Sequence record: PV400809.1
Length of the DNA: 64,000 nt
Reading direction: 5' to 3' (one strand)
Shown here: positions 1 to 10,436 of the stretch, piece after piece
Numbering within the stretch: the first letter of the stretch is position 1
Layout of the letters: every line of letters begins with the position of its first letter
Position numbers and translations under genes: made by a program
The notes under the pieces: generated by a model
Databases searched by the model: none
What the model was told of the DNA's origin: nothing
What the model saw: the letters and a program-made list of their open reading frames with translations, nothing else

Positions 1-1704
1 ATTAACGTTATCTTCCCCAAAGGCCTTGTAGGTCAGACTGGTACCAGCATCCTTGTCCTTGTAGGTCGAGTTAATCAAATACGAGGGAATTGAACTCCGA
101 ATCTGTTTAATAGCCGCAATGAACTGAGCTCGGTTATCCGACTTCAAGGTAATCAAGTGGCTGGTATACCCCCGCCCCATGATGTACGTTAACCAGAAGT
201 CAATCACCTGAACCGATACCGTGTTGTGGGTCACAATGAAGTCATCGGTCAAATACAACTGTTCACTGTTATCGACTTCAATACAGGTACAATCGTCATC
301 CCCTACGAAAGTCACCCGCTCGATCAGCAACCGATTATCAAAGACGACATTCTCTTCCCTGAACTTGAACGGAGGTACCTCTTCCGGTAGGGTAATCTCT
401 ACTCCGTTCTTGGTGACTTTACCGGTTCCACCTAGACTACGGGCTAAATACGCCAGTTGACCTCCTAGGACGCGATTTAAGGCTATAAAGACCTTACCCC
501 TACCAACCTTACCCCTAACGTCTAAAAACGCCTGTAAGAGGTCTCTCCGGGCGTTTAAAGGGGCTTCTAGGTATTGATCCGGTAAACCGTGTTCCCTGTT
601 GAATAAATAAGGTTGGTTATCAGTCCGTTCTAAGCAACTGTTAGCCACTCCCTGAATAACTGTTACCCCCCGAGGGAGATGATCAACTACGTACTGTTTA
701 ACCGCATCCGTACGCGTGGGGATAATAACCTTACCGTCTTGATCTTGTCCGCAATAGATCAACCCGAGAACGTACGGGTCAATAGGTAGGTCCTGTTCAC
801 TCCCGGGTACCGGAGCCGGTAACGGCAATTGAAGTTTAACCTTCTTCTTCAACAGGTTAATGACATCAACGGTCGAATAGTCATTCCAGAGTGCACGTCC
901 ATTGAGGCAGTTGGAATAATCCTTCAAGGTCCACAGATGTTCAGTCCCTACGTCTGTAGCTCGTCCGTCACTGGTAATGACGCGATACAACCGGCGTTTA
1001 CCCTGGGGATGAATACCAATCACCTGACACGGCTTCCCGGAACGGTCCAGGACTTGATCCCCCACCCGTAGGTGTTCGATCCGTTTCCAAGTATCCTGAG
1101 GGGTAATAGTCTTCAGGGTATCCTTAGGTACAATACGGACCTTAGCACTGTTACGCTGCTGCTTACCCTGTTGCCGCGGCATGATCATGTAGGTGGTAAT
1201 GTGATTCAAATACGACCAAATAAAGCTGATATTCCCCCGGTTCGCTAAGAAGGGCTGATTCGGCTTTAACCGACAGACTTCCCGTAGGAAGTACCAAAAG
1301 TTACTCCGACACTCCTCCAGGACCCACACCTGTTGCTCAGGAGTGAGGTTAGGATCAAAGGGATCCACTCCTTTCAACAGGGGATTGTTCAATTGGAGAA
1401 TAAAGTAAAAGTTATTGATTCCCTGTTGCCTGAACACTTCGGTGGTTCTGAGGAAACTGGTATTCCGGGTCTCCCGATCATAACCCGCTTGGTAGTTGAA
1501 AAAGTCCTTGAGAAAACGAACAGTCTTAATACCGCTTAAGCTGTCTTCATTGAAGTGAGCTAAAAGGGTTTCATCGTCTGTTCGAGCCTCCCAATCAATA
1601 CGGAGGCGTTTATCATCGATCAGTTCTTTGGGTAGGTTGTTACATCTCAGGTACTTAACCAACCATTTAGCATAGGAAAGGGATGTGTTCTGTTCGTCTG
1701 TCAT
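1..1704 (-). CDS. terL: Terminase large subunit, N-terminal part (runs off window start), intein-containing; phiKZ gp25-like
   Basis: Manual translation from ATG 1704 (SD GGAG) is open to position 1: MTDEQNTSLSY...ECRSNFWYFLREV...IMPRQQGK[intein]TVSVQVIDFWL. PRQxGKT is the terminase Walker A. Position next to baseplate and sheath genes matches phiKZ-like synteny. Not in the ORF track. Confidence 0.9.
   Translation of the reverse strand, partial: MTDEQNTSLSYAKWLVKYLRCNNLPKELIDDKRLRIDWEARTDDETLLAHFNEDSLSGIKTVRFLKDFFNYQAGYDRETRNTSFLRTTEVFRQQGINNFYFILQLNNPLLKGVDPFDPNLTPEQQVWVLEECRSNFWYFLREVCRLKPNQPFLANRGNISFIWSYLNHITTYMIMPRQQGKQQRNSAKVRIVPKDTLKTITPQDTWKRIEHLRVGDQVLDRSGKPCQVIGIHPQGKRRLYRVITSDGRATDVGTEHLWTLKDYSNCLNGRALWNDYSTVDVINLLKKKVKLQLPLPAPVPGSEQDLPIDPYVLGLIYCGQDQDGKVIIPTRTDAVKQYVVDHLPRGVTVIQGVANSCLERTDNQPYLFNREHGLPDQYLEAPLNARRDLLQAFLDVRGKVGRGKVFIALNRVLGGQLAYLARSLGGTGKVTKNGVEITLPEEVPPFKFREENVVFDNRLLIERVTFVGDDDCTCIEVDNSEQLYLTDDFIVTHNTVSVQVIDFWLTYIMGRGYTSHLITLKSDNRAQFIAAIKQIRSSIPSYLINSTYKDKDAGTSLTYKAFGEDNVN
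223..1161 (-). mobile_element. Intein (313 aa, residues 182-494) in the terminase Walker A; class 3 type with degenerate LAGLIDADG domain
   Basis: Starts QQRNSAKV after GK; has LRVGDQV, IHPQG, GTEHLW (block B), CTCIEV (block F Cys) and ends IVTHN before Thr. Removal restores PRQQGKT. Confidence 0.9.
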
Positions 1705-1736
1705 ACATCAACTCCACGAAAACCCTATAACAATCA

Positions 1737-1765
1737 AGTAACCCTGGGCGTTGCCCAGGGTTACT
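1737..1765. terminator. 13-bp hairpin between the 61-aa ORF and terL
   Basis: AGTAACCCTGGGC-GTT-GCCCAGGGTTACT. Confidence 0.6.
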
Positions 1766-1789
1766 CTTTAACTATAGGATCAACCGCCG

Positions 1790-1975
1790 TTAACCTTCGG
1801 GTTCCAACCGAGTCCGTTCGTGAATGATGACGTGCTTAGCGCCGAACACCACCACTTCCGTCTTCTCACCGTTCTGAAGAATAACCTCTTGCGAGATATC
1901 TTCAGGCGTCTGGACCCGAACCACTACTTCCTTATCTTCGGTACAATGAGCGGTTACGTTAACCGTACTGGTCAT
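1790..1975 (-). CDS. Small hypothetical protein (61 aa)
   Basis: Strong SD TAAGGAGG 6 nt before ATG; fills the gap after the 574-aa gene. Confidence 0.75.
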   Translation of the reverse strand: MTSTVNVTAHCTEDKEVVVRVQTPEDISQEVILQNGEKTEVVVFGAKHVIIHERTRLEPEG

Positions 1976-1987
1976 TTTGTTTCCTCC

Positions 1988-3712
1988 TTAAGGAAATTCA
2001 ACCGTTACACCGGTAACGGCCAGTTGCTTCTCATCACCAGACGTTTGGCGTTCTACCCAACGAAGGAACCAGGTCTTGCCCTTCTGAAGTTCAATGTTGA
2101 TGGTGTTGTTCTTATTCCAATCCGAGATCGGATACCGCCAGGAACGCCCGTCTTCATGAACCAGGTAGAAATGAGTGGGTAAAGGAGCTTTCTCTTCATC
2201 GAACCGATTGAAGCTAGGTTCGACCCCCCAATACAACGCTTTCAGCCAATCCGTTTGATTACCGTACCCGTTGGCCACATTGACCGTGGTAGCGACTCCG
2301 GAGTTCTTAGCGACAATGAACTTCGCTTCGTACGACGGTTTATTCTGCGAGAAGGACACGTCAAAGCGTTTACCCGGCCCATTGATGTCTTTATACAACA
2401 CAATGGTGGTGTACTGCCGGAAGATCACACTCTCGTACTGACTCGATACATCCCTCAAGTTCAAGTTAAAGATCAAAGATTGAGCAACCCCGTAGGCGGA
2501 AGGCCGCCAGACTTCACTCTTCTCATTGAACTTCACTTGAGCGGTCACATCAATGGCTGTTTTCCGATCCAGATCCAACAGCCAATGTTGGAGTCGATAC
2601 CCCGAAATACTCGGATCCCATTGCGGGAAGGTGTAGATCTTCGGCGAGTAAGCGCCTTTAACAGGACCGGCTTCTACCGAATAGGTTCGACTGATATGAT
2701 CAGGACTCCCGGGTTTGGCAATGTAATGCTGTTCATTCGCTGCCAGTTTAAGGGTCAGAACGATCTCACCCTCTTGACCCGGCCAGGTGGGACGCCATTC
2801 ATTCAACCCATACAGGTTGAACCGTTCGCCGTTCACCGGCATGGGCGCACTGGTGCTGCCGTCTGAGTAATGAATCACCGCCCTGAACTCAATAGCCGTT
2901 ACCAATACGTTCACCGGAATGATAATCTTCTCCGTATTGAGCGTGTTGGTAAACCACGGTGTGAGCAGTTCAATCTCCGTGACATACTTGGTACCAATCT
3001 GGTGATCCCGCATGTACGCACAGTGCTGGACCATTACAGGTTGAACCGGGGGAATGAAGTTACCCCCCTCGTCATAGAACACCAACGTACAACGTGTACC
3101 GTCTTTCAGGGCTTCCTCGTTCTCCGTGACACTGAAAGGACCCGTGGTCATAATCTCCAGGTTCGTACGATCTACGATCTCAGCCAACTTGGTAGGTACC
3201 TTGTTGCTGATCATATTCGCCGACTTGTCGTACTGAGCACTGATGATCCGACCGTTATCACTGGCGTCGTTACCGAGGTAGAGTTTAGCGTACGCTGCAC
3301 CGGGTCGCATGATGGTGCTGTCAACGCGCGCCACGTTAGGCCGTTGACTGTAGTCCACACTCAGCAAGGCTTCACCCAGCAGAGGACCCCCTCGTAGACC
3401 GAAGATCCAGTCTTGTTCAGTCGTAGTACCGTCCTCACTGGTCCGAGGTTCCCACGGGACCAAGGTAGACTTCAAGGTCTTCCCCTGATAATCCACATGA
3501 ATCACCTCCAGGAACTGTTTATTAGGTACATCAATCACCAATTCCCGTTCCCGGGGGACTACGTACTTAACAATGTCCTCCGGCGGATGCTTGTCCGGAT
3601 CATAGATGTCAGGCAGGTAATGGATCCTGTACCGTTGGCCGTCATTCTCAGGAGCCAAATCAGTACCCGCCACCGCTCGCTCAGCACTCGTGCTGGGTTT
3701 GTTGTCAAACAT
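1988..3712 (-). CDS. Virion structural protein (574 aa), probable baseplate component, phiKZ gp26-like position
   Basis: Long ORF in the conserved terminase-sheath block; function inferred from synteny. Confidence 0.7.
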   Translation of the reverse strand: MFDNKPSTSAERAVAGTDLAPENDGQRYRIHYLPDIYDPDKHPPEDIVKYVVPRERELVIDVPNKQFLEVIHVDYQGKTLKSTLVPWEPRTSEDGTTTEQDWIFGLRGGPLLGEALLSVDYSQRPNVARVDSTIMRPGAAYAKLYLGNDASDNGRIISAQYDKSANMISNKVPTKLAEIVDRTNLEIMTTGPFSVTENEEALKDGTRCTLVFYDEGGNFIPPVQPVMVQHCAYMRDHQIGTKYVTEIELLTPWFTNTLNTEKIIIPVNVLVTAIEFRAVIHYSDGSTSAPMPVNGERFNLYGLNEWRPTWPGQEGEIVLTLKLAANEQHYIAKPGSPDHISRTYSVEAGPVKGAYSPKIYTFPQWDPSISGYRLQHWLLDLDRKTAIDVTAQVKFNEKSEVWRPSAYGVAQSLIFNLNLRDVSSQYESVIFRQYTTIVLYKDINGPGKRFDVSFSQNKPSYEAKFIVAKNSGVATTVNVANGYGNQTDWLKALYWGVEPSFNRFDEEKAPLPTHFYLVHEDGRSWRYPISDWNKNNTINIELQKGKTWFLRWVERQTSGDEKQLAVTGVTVEFP

Positions 3713-3723
3713 GAATATCCCCT

Positions 3724-6336
3724 TTAGTCACTGTTACTTACTTCAAAGTGGCCTTCAATGACACAGACAGACTTCAAGTAAAGGTCGTTCACTTGCTTAA
3801 TGAAGACAAACTGGTTGGGTGTTACCGAGAGCAGTTCATCATTCGCGTAGGGCATAATGGCAAAATAGCGGAGGTCGTATTCCCGAATCACCGGGTCATA
3901 CTTTAACCACCACTTGTACGGACTGACCTGTTCCTCAATGAACTGAGGACTGTACGTCTCTTCACCGTCTACTCGATTAGGAACCACCAACAACCGGTTC
4001 TTAATCGCATTCACCACCACATTCAGGAAGGGGCTGAACAACCGGTACTTATCCTGAAGGGTCGGTATCACCGGATCCACCAACGGCTTAGGACAGTATT
4101 CCGTTAAGTAATCACTCACCCGTTGATCAATCTCCCGACTCTCTTTATACCCTGGGAAGTTGTCATAGGGGACGACATACTTAATGGGTTGGAAGACATG
4201 TTTGACCATGTACGGTAACCCATTGAGGTGATTCCAGAGGTTATCTGGAGAAGACAGCTCGGCCGTAGGCACATCGTCCGTTACCACCAAACGACCTCCA
4301 ATGACGGTACGCGTTACCCGGTCTTCCCTCAGGTTATACCGTTTAAACCGTCCGATCACCCCACCGTCCACAAACCCGAGTTCGGTTTCTACCTTAGGAC
4401 GTTCCTTATCCTCCCACAGGTCATGGCAACGCACCACAAACTGTTGAGCACCCGGTCGAATGAACTGTTTATTGATGATGTAGCAGTACCCGTTGTCAAA
4501 GATCCAATCGACATTATCAATCAATGGATGACCGTTCATCCAAATATCGATTTGAGCAGGAATCAAAGGGACTGCCAATCCACCCGGTTCATAGATGTGG
4601 GTAATGGCAAAGCTCAAGCTGTGATCAATGTGATCCAGTTCAAACCCATAAGCCAAGGTCCGGGTATTGAAGACCACTACCCCACGTTGGTTAACGGGAT
4701 CCAATCCTTTCCAGACTAAGACTTCATTAACCACCTCGTAGATCTTCTTATCCCCAGTGACATCCGTTAACGCACCGGTGATTTCCCCTCGATCCACATT
4801 GAAATGACTGGTATACACCCTGAACCCATCAAAGGGGTCTAAGGGCAGATCGGTATTGGTTACCACATAGTCCAACGTTCGTCCGTATTGACCACAGGTG
4901 AACTCAACGAGTTGACACTTCGGATTCCGAGGTGCGTAGTACCGAATATTGTTGACATTGTGGTATTCCAACAGGCACCCGTTCTCATCATGTTCCCAAG
5001 CGGTACAACTGACTCGGTAACTGATGGGGATCTCAACCCCTCGACCACCCGCCTCGTATACCGCTTTAAGGGGAGTTTCACTGAGGACCCGAGTCGCCGC
5101 ATTGTACCCCACTGCTTTACGAGCGCCCTCTACGGTCAGCGCTTTCATTTGACTCCGGGTAAAACTCATCACCACCCCAGCTTCCAGATTAGGAGCGGTC
5201 CACTCCGGTACCGTTGCTCGATCACCTGTCATGGCTTTAAGGATGTTTTCATCAGTCATCCGGTAGAGGTAACGGATCCGTTGATTATCATGTGGCCAAG
5301 GATATTCCCAATCCGTTTTACGAACCAATACCAGGATACGAATATCCTTCACCTCACTGAGGTCCTTGTGGTAATTACTCGCGGCTTGGATCTGGTCATC
5401 CGCGATGGCAACATCCACATGAGTCAACTGACGAATCGTACTCACCGCATTCCGATGGAAATACAGACCTGTCGACCCTTTACCCAACAGGTAGTAATCG
5501 TTGTCATCAAAATACCGAAGGGTAAAGTCCCCTGGGCGTTTAGGAGGATGCAGGATCAGTTTCCGTTTCTTATCCAAGGTGGAATAGAAGTCTTGCAGGG
5601 TGTTGTACGCGTACAGCTCCGTACGGATCACAGTGGGGTCATGGAAGAACTCCACTACATCCCCTAGGACCAAATTAGGAATCGACCCTGGATTACCATG
5701 CCAATAGACCCCATTCACTGTTACCCCGGTAAACCCAGGCTTGGCTTTACAGGCTAAGTAGCGGTTATTAAAGACCGCCAGTTCAGCCTGACTCTCGTAC
5801 ACCATGGTCTCATAGACGTACGGGTTACTGGCAGCATTCGCAGTTTGTTCATTCTTCGCCACGTCACTGGAAGCGGTGTAGCATCGAAAGAACATTTCCT
5901 GACCCGTTGGCATGGGGTAGGTGTTATACTTCTCCAGGGCGATAAACGTGAGCTTATCGTACGTCATCATGACCCAAGCTTTATTCCGGCTGTACTGGTA
6001 CCCTTTGGTGTTGTAGATATCCAGCTGAACACCCCGGCGTTTACACAGCTCGGCCAGGTTCATCCACCGGTCTAAGGGATTCCGTTTCAGTAAGTTGGTA
6101 TGGAAGTTCCAATACCCTGCATCTAACCCCCCTACAGAAAAGACGTAATAGAACGTATCCCGCTTAGGCAAACTCCGCCATTTGCCCATAAAGGAGAAGT
6201 TGTCCACATCTCCGTAGTAGTCACTGAGCCGTACTGTACGCACCTGGTACTGGTTATTCTCTTCCGGGTTACCCCACAGGTGGTCTGTCGCGTAGGCCAG
6301 CAATGGGTTATCCGTATCAAACCCTTTCATGGTCAT
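3724..6336 (-). CDS. Virion structural protein (870 aa), probable baseplate component, phiKZ gp27-like position
   Basis: Long ORF tightly packed with its neighbours; synteny. Confidence 0.7.
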   Translation of the reverse strand: MTMKGFDTDNPLLAYATDHLWGNPEENNQYQVRTVRLSDYYGDVDNFSFMGKWRSLPKRDTFYYVFSVGGLDAGYWNFHTNLLKRNPLDRWMNLAELCKRRGVQLDIYNTKGYQYSRNKAWVMMTYDKLTFIALEKYNTYPMPTGQEMFFRCYTASSDVAKNEQTANAASNPYVYETMVYESQAELAVFNNRYLACKAKPGFTGVTVNGVYWHGNPGSIPNLVLGDVVEFFHDPTVIRTELYAYNTLQDFYSTLDKKRKLILHPPKRPGDFTLRYFDDNDYYLLGKGSTGLYFHRNAVSTIRQLTHVDVAIADDQIQAASNYHKDLSEVKDIRILVLVRKTDWEYPWPHDNQRIRYLYRMTDENILKAMTGDRATVPEWTAPNLEAGVVMSFTRSQMKALTVEGARKAVGYNAATRVLSETPLKAVYEAGGRGVEIPISYRVSCTAWEHDENGCLLEYHNVNNIRYYAPRNPKCQLVEFTCGQYGRTLDYVVTNTDLPLDPFDGFRVYTSHFNVDRGEITGALTDVTGDKKIYEVVNEVLVWKGLDPVNQRGVVVFNTRTLAYGFELDHIDHSLSFAITHIYEPGGLAVPLIPAQIDIWMNGHPLIDNVDWIFDNGYCYIINKQFIRPGAQQFVVRCHDLWEDKERPKVETELGFVDGGVIGRFKRYNLREDRVTRTVIGGRLVVTDDVPTAELSSPDNLWNHLNGLPYMVKHVFQPIKYVVPYDNFPGYKESREIDQRVSDYLTEYCPKPLVDPVIPTLQDKYRLFSPFLNVVVNAIKNRLLVVPNRVDGEETYSPQFIEEQVSPYKWWLKYDPVIREYDLRYFAIMPYANDELLSVTPNQFVFIKQVNDLYLKSVCVIEGHFEVSNSD

Positions 6337-6341
6337 AACTG

Positions 6342-7220
6342 TTACCCGTTGAGATCATACGTGTAATCGATGTTCTTAAGGAAGGTATCCAGGATCCCTT
6401 TGTTGTATTTAGGATCCAATGCCATTCCCAGCGGTGTTTTATTCAGCGCCCTGAAACGTGCTGCACCATAGACAAAGGCCGTCAACAAGCAAGGTGCTTC
6501 AGACGCAGCTTCAAAGACCTGTTTCCCCAGCCCCGTAAAGGCCAATCCACCCACCACAGCAATGAAGTCCTTAAGACCCATCCCTTTGAGTTTATACAAC
6601 ACAGGATTCTTACGAATCTCACTGAGGAGGTCTTCCAGCTTACTCAGATGAGGGAGATCGGCAATGACCCCCAATACAAAGTCTTTTTCCATCCCGTACA
6701 CATTACGCAGGACATTCTCAACTACAAAGACCAGGTCATTGTTCGGGTTCTCTTGAAGACAAACCACATAATACCCAATCAACACCTTCAGGGTCGAAGA
6801 CTCTACGATATCCAAACCACCCCGCATCGTTAACCGTTGGGTTAGCGCGTCACTAAAGGCTTTGGTTACCATATTGCGACTCAGCTTAACCGGACCGAAG
6901 TTCAACTCAGCAACATCCTGTTGTAGAAACGCCGCCAGTCGCATAATAGTCAGGTCATTCTGGTTCGTGACTCGGTTCTGTTTATCCCGGTACGGACGTT
7001 CGTCATACACCGTAATGGTTTGGCGGGTATGGGTCTGTAAAGTAATCGGAAAAGCAATGGTCGAAAACGGAACGTTGGTGGCGTGCGTAATAACGTAGAC
7101 CTTGTCTTTCTTAGTGGGAGACAGATTGTTAGTCAGATGAAGGGTTTTGATGACTTCGTCTACGTGGTGAGACGCCCGGATCACTTTACCGACCGTGGTG
7201 TCATAGGCATTGATCAGCAT
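6342..7220 (-). CDS. Conserved jumbo-phage protein (292 aa), phiKZ gp28-like position
   Basis: SD AAGGA; divergent from sheath gene; synteny. Confidence 0.65.
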   Translation of the reverse strand: MLINAYDTTVGKVIRASHHVDEVIKTLHLTNNLSPTKKDKVYVITHATNVPFSTIAFPITLQTHTRQTITVYDERPYRDKQNRVTNQNDLTIMRLAAFLQQDVAELNFGPVKLSRNMVTKAFSDALTQRLTMRGGLDIVESSTLKVLIGYYVVCLQENPNNDLVFVVENVLRNVYGMEKDFVLGVIADLPHLSKLEDLLSEIRKNPVLYKLKGMGLKDFIAVVGGLAFTGLGKQVFEAASEAPCLLTAFVYGAARFRALNKTPLGMALDPKYNKGILDTFLKNIDYTYDLNG

Positions 7221-7329
7221 GGTAGATATTCCTTAAAATAACATGTTATGTGACAGTGCCTTATTACACTGTACGGCCCTGAAAATGGGTTCATACGATT
7301 GCTTCAAACTTTTCCCCCACGAGGTTGCC

Positions 7330-9498
7330 ATGACTGTTTTCAACAGAATCGTCCCTGGAAAGGTGGACATTAGTGGGATTCGGGACAACTCTATTCCAGA
7401 ATATGACACGTCCCCGCCAACCACCCCGCTCCACCTTCCTGTTATCCACGGTATCTTCCCCAAAGGAAAACTGGCGTCTAAAGCAGGCACCCAATGGGTA
7501 GCCCCCCAAGACGTCAAAAAGATCTTTGGTGACATTTTCGACGAGAAGTCGCCCTACTACAGCCCAACGTCGGTCCTGATCCAGGCCCTCGCCCTGGGTC
7601 GCCAGAACACCATTGGTATTCGCCGCCTCTCGGTCAACGAAGTGGTTTCGAAAGCCTCGCTCTCTGCGTTTGTTCAGAAAGTGGAAGTTCAAGCCTACGA
7701 GCGGGATGCCAACGGCCGTTGGAAGTATAACGAAAACGGCGAGCGTATTCCGATCCCGGGTAAAACCTACCCGAACGGTCTGAACATCGAAATCAAAATC
7801 GATGATGCCGCAGCGGGTAAAGAACCCGGCGCGCTCGAAGTCCGCACCATCGCCGCCAGTGGTGATACCCCTGAAACCCTGGTACTCCCCCTGTTCGAAG
7901 GGGTGGCTGGTGTCGGTGACGAATACAACAAGTCGGGCCTTAACCTGGGTGTCCGTGCGGACGCGCTGAATTGGCGTTCCATTTCCGAATTCGTTCGGTC
8001 CACGGGGACTTTCCCTTACGACCTCCGTCAGTTCACCGATGGAGTCGATGGGACTCGTGTGTATTCGAAAACCACCCTCCAACAGGAAAGTGCCAAGTTC
8101 ACCCTGTTCCCGGTGTCCCTCAACGGCGTTCAGTACAGCCTGCAAACGGGTTTCGGCTCCTTTACTGGTCGTAACAAGAACGCCCCGGGTAACCCGGTTC
8201 CGGCTCCGTTCAACGACCTGGTCGTTTACCAGGACAACATCGACACCCTGTGTCAGATGATGTATGTGGTGGAACAGCCGGAAAATGATACCCTGGTAGA
8301 AGTCGGTGTTCCCGGTGAGTACTACAAGCAGATGAACCCGTTCACCTGCACCAACCACAACGGCGCGCCTTACTACGCCATCACCACCTCGGGTGTTATC
8401 AAGTGGGACCTGAGCGGCGCTATTAAATCCTCGGGCGGTATTTCGCCGTTCCTGGATAAGGACGGTAAGGTACCTGATTACGTTACCAAGCCGACAGTCA
8501 ACGATCCCTTTGGTCTGCTGACTAACACCGAGCGTCCTCTCACTCACCTTCAGGCGTGGGAAATCACCAACAAACTGATGGTGGCGGATCTGACCAGTTA
8601 CGTGAATGGTGTGGAAATGAAAGACACCACTCGTAACCGTCAATCGATCTTCTGGGATATTGGTTATTCCCAAGAAGTAAAAGATATCGCCGAGCAGTTC
8701 CTGGGTGCCCGTAAGGACATTCTGGTTGTAGCAGACGCCTGTGTCTGGAGACCGGGTGAGAAGAACAGTCTCGAAGAGATCTATTCTCGGGCTGCAATGA
8801 TCACCAATCGACTGCGCATGACGGTCGAGTCTGAGAAGTGGGGTACCCCAGCCTGCCGTGCAGCTGTGAACCTCATCGAAGCGAAAGTCACCGATGAACC
8901 GACCGGCTGGTACTTCTCGGGTAACATCGACCTGGCCTATGCCTTTGCACTATGGGCAGGTAACATCGACGGTCTGATCGTCACTCCAAACGCACCGGAT
9001 CATGCGGATAACCGTAAACTCCGTCTGATGCACTCCCCCAACATCGTCTTCGAAGAAGATGAAGTGGCGGCTGAGAACTTCAGCAACGGCCATATCTCCC
9101 TGAAGCCTTGGGACTGGAACGTTCAAACGTACCGTCCGGGTCTCCCCACCATTCACCCGAACCCCGACTCGGTCCTCAAGGACCTGGCTAACCCGTTCCT
9201 GTGCGTGGCGATGGAGAAGATCTCCGCGGATCAATGGCGCATCGTTTGTGGTGACCGTACCATCACCGCAGATAACTACGCCTCCATCATGAAAGACGAG
9301 ATCGAGAGCGCGTGCCGTAACGCGGTAGGGGGTGAAGTCTCCAACATCGTCGCAGAAACGTTCTACGAAACTGGAACGCTCGGATCCCGTGCGAAACTGC
9401 GTGTGATTCTCCACGCTTGGTTTAACAAAGCCAAGTACATGATGGAATTCGATCTCTACGCTTACAACCAACAGGATCTGGCCACTACTGCGGCCTGA
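7330..9498 (+). CDS. Contractile tail sheath protein (722 aa), phiKZ gp29-like
   Basis: Start moved to ATG 7330 (SD GAGG; MTVFNRIVPGKVDISGIRDNS resembles phiKZ-type sheath N-termini); size, C-ending codon bias and position before the tube gene fit. Confidence 0.85.
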   Translation: MTVFNRIVPGKVDISGIRDNSIPEYDTSPPTTPLHLPVIHGIFPKGKLASKAGTQWVAPQDVKKIFGDIFDEKSPYYSPTSVLIQALALGRQNTIGIRRLSVNEVVSKASLSAFVQKVEVQAYERDANGRWKYNENGERIPIPGKTYPNGLNIEIKIDDAAAGKEPGALEVRTIAASGDTPETLVLPLFEGVAGVGDEYNKSGLNLGVRADALNWRSISEFVRSTGTFPYDLRQFTDGVDGTRVYSKTTLQQESAKFTLFPVSLNGVQYSLQTGFGSFTGRNKNAPGNPVPAPFNDLVVYQDNIDTLCQMMYVVEQPENDTLVEVGVPGEYYKQMNPFTCTNHNGAPYYAITTSGVIKWDLSGAIKSSGGISPFLDKDGKVPDYVTKPTVNDPFGLLTNTERPLTHLQAWEITNKLMVADLTSYVNGVEMKDTTRNRQSIFWDIGYSQEVKDIAEQFLGARKDILVVADACVWRPGEKNSLEEIYSRAAMITNRLRMTVESEKWGTPACRAAVNLIEAKVTDEPTGWYFSGNIDLAYAFALWAGNIDGLIVTPNAPDHADNRKLRLMHSPNIVFEEDEVAAENFSNGHISLKPWDWNVQTYRPGLPTIHPNPDSVLKDLANPFLCVAMEKISADQWRIVCGDRTITADNYASIMKDEIESACRNAVGGEVSNIVAETFYETGTLGSRAKLRVILHAWFNKAKYMMEFDLYAYNQQDLATTAA

Positions 9499-9508
9499 GG
9501 AATGAAAG

Positions 9509-10417
9509 ATGGCTAACGAAACGAACTTCCCTCATCGGTCCAGTACGACCCTACTCCCGAAGTCCGATCCCTTCGTACGGGCTCTGGACCTGCAAAACCG
9601 TCCGGTTATTAACGCCCAATTCGGGGGTATGTACGGTTGGGCTGGTAACGTCTTCGAGTATGTCAGCGCACAACCTCACGTCAGTCAACTGGGGTGGTGT
9701 ATTGTCCTCTCGACTCCTGCTGCCTTCTCCCGACTGCCGGGTGGCACTGCGTTGCATTCGCTGTGTAAGGCGTGGTTTGAAAACCGTTCTCAGTCGTTCG
9801 AAGGTCTCCGTGACATGACTGAGGTTCAGTTTGCTCAAATGGAATGGACGGGTCACGTACTCTCCATTCCGTCGGGCGCTACCCGTTCAATGGGTCAAGT
9901 CACGCATACTGGTTACGATTGCATCGGTGAAGTGTTCACCAAGATGTTCAAGGTCTGGCAACAATGGCTGGTCATGGATTCGGAAGTCCTGAACGCCAAG
10001 ATTGTCATCCTGGATAATCCGGGTGACATGCTGATCGATGAAGTATCGGTCTCGTGCATCTACTTCGAACCCACCCACACCATGAAGGACATTGCTCACG
10101 CTGCCTTGGTGGTTGGTATGATGCCCCGTACCTCTGTTCCGATTGAAATCAAGCGTAACAAGAGCGAAGAAGGCGCAATCCGTCAGATCACCATGGAGTT
10201 CACCGGTTTGGTGGAATTCGACACCCTGGCTGTGAAACAGATTGCTCGTCAGATGTTGAAACTCCTTCCGCTGTACAACCCGGATGCCATTGCTGCCCCT
10301 CCGGGCTTCAAACAGCGTTCTGCGGCTGTCACCTCGTCGCCGTCCGGTACCATCGAACGGATGATCGATCAGAAAGCCCAAGTGGACGGCGCTGCCGGTC
10401 AGTTGTACATGGGTTAA
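9509..10417 (+). CDS. Tail tube protein (302 aa), phiKZ gp30-like
   Basis: Directly follows sheath; SD GAGGA; size and codon bias typical. Confidence 0.8.
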   Translation: MANETNFPHRSSTTLLPKSDPFVRALDLQNRPVINAQFGGMYGWAGNVFEYVSAQPHVSQLGWCIVLSTPAAFSRLPGGTALHSLCKAWFENRSQSFEGLRDMTEVQFAQMEWTGHVLSIPSGATRSMGQVTHTGYDCIGEVFTKMFKVWQQWLVMDSEVLNAKIVILDNPGDMLIDEVSVSCIYFEPTHTMKDIAHAALVVGMMPRTSVPIEIKRNKSEEGAIRQITMEFTGLVEFDTLAVKQIARQMLKLLPLYNPDAIAAPPGFKQRSAAVTSSPSGTIERMIDQKAQVDGAAGQLYMG

Positions 10418-10436
10418 ACAAAAAAGGTGTACTGCA

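Noticed and set aside
221-1539. Three short plus-strand ORFs (221-460, 829-1071, 1333-1539)
   Set aside because: They are antisense shadows of the terminase gene, which the track omitted because it has no stop in the window
7243-7329. N-terminal extension of the sheath ORF
   Set aside because: No SD, Cys-rich non-protein-like sequence, and it occupies the divergent promoter region; ATG 7330 has an SD
7291-8673. 460-aa minus-strand ORF and other long antisense ORFs (61559-62740, 21264-22526, 25043-26194)
   Set aside because: They lie opposite well-supported genes with strong codon bias, and show no SD or recognisable motifs
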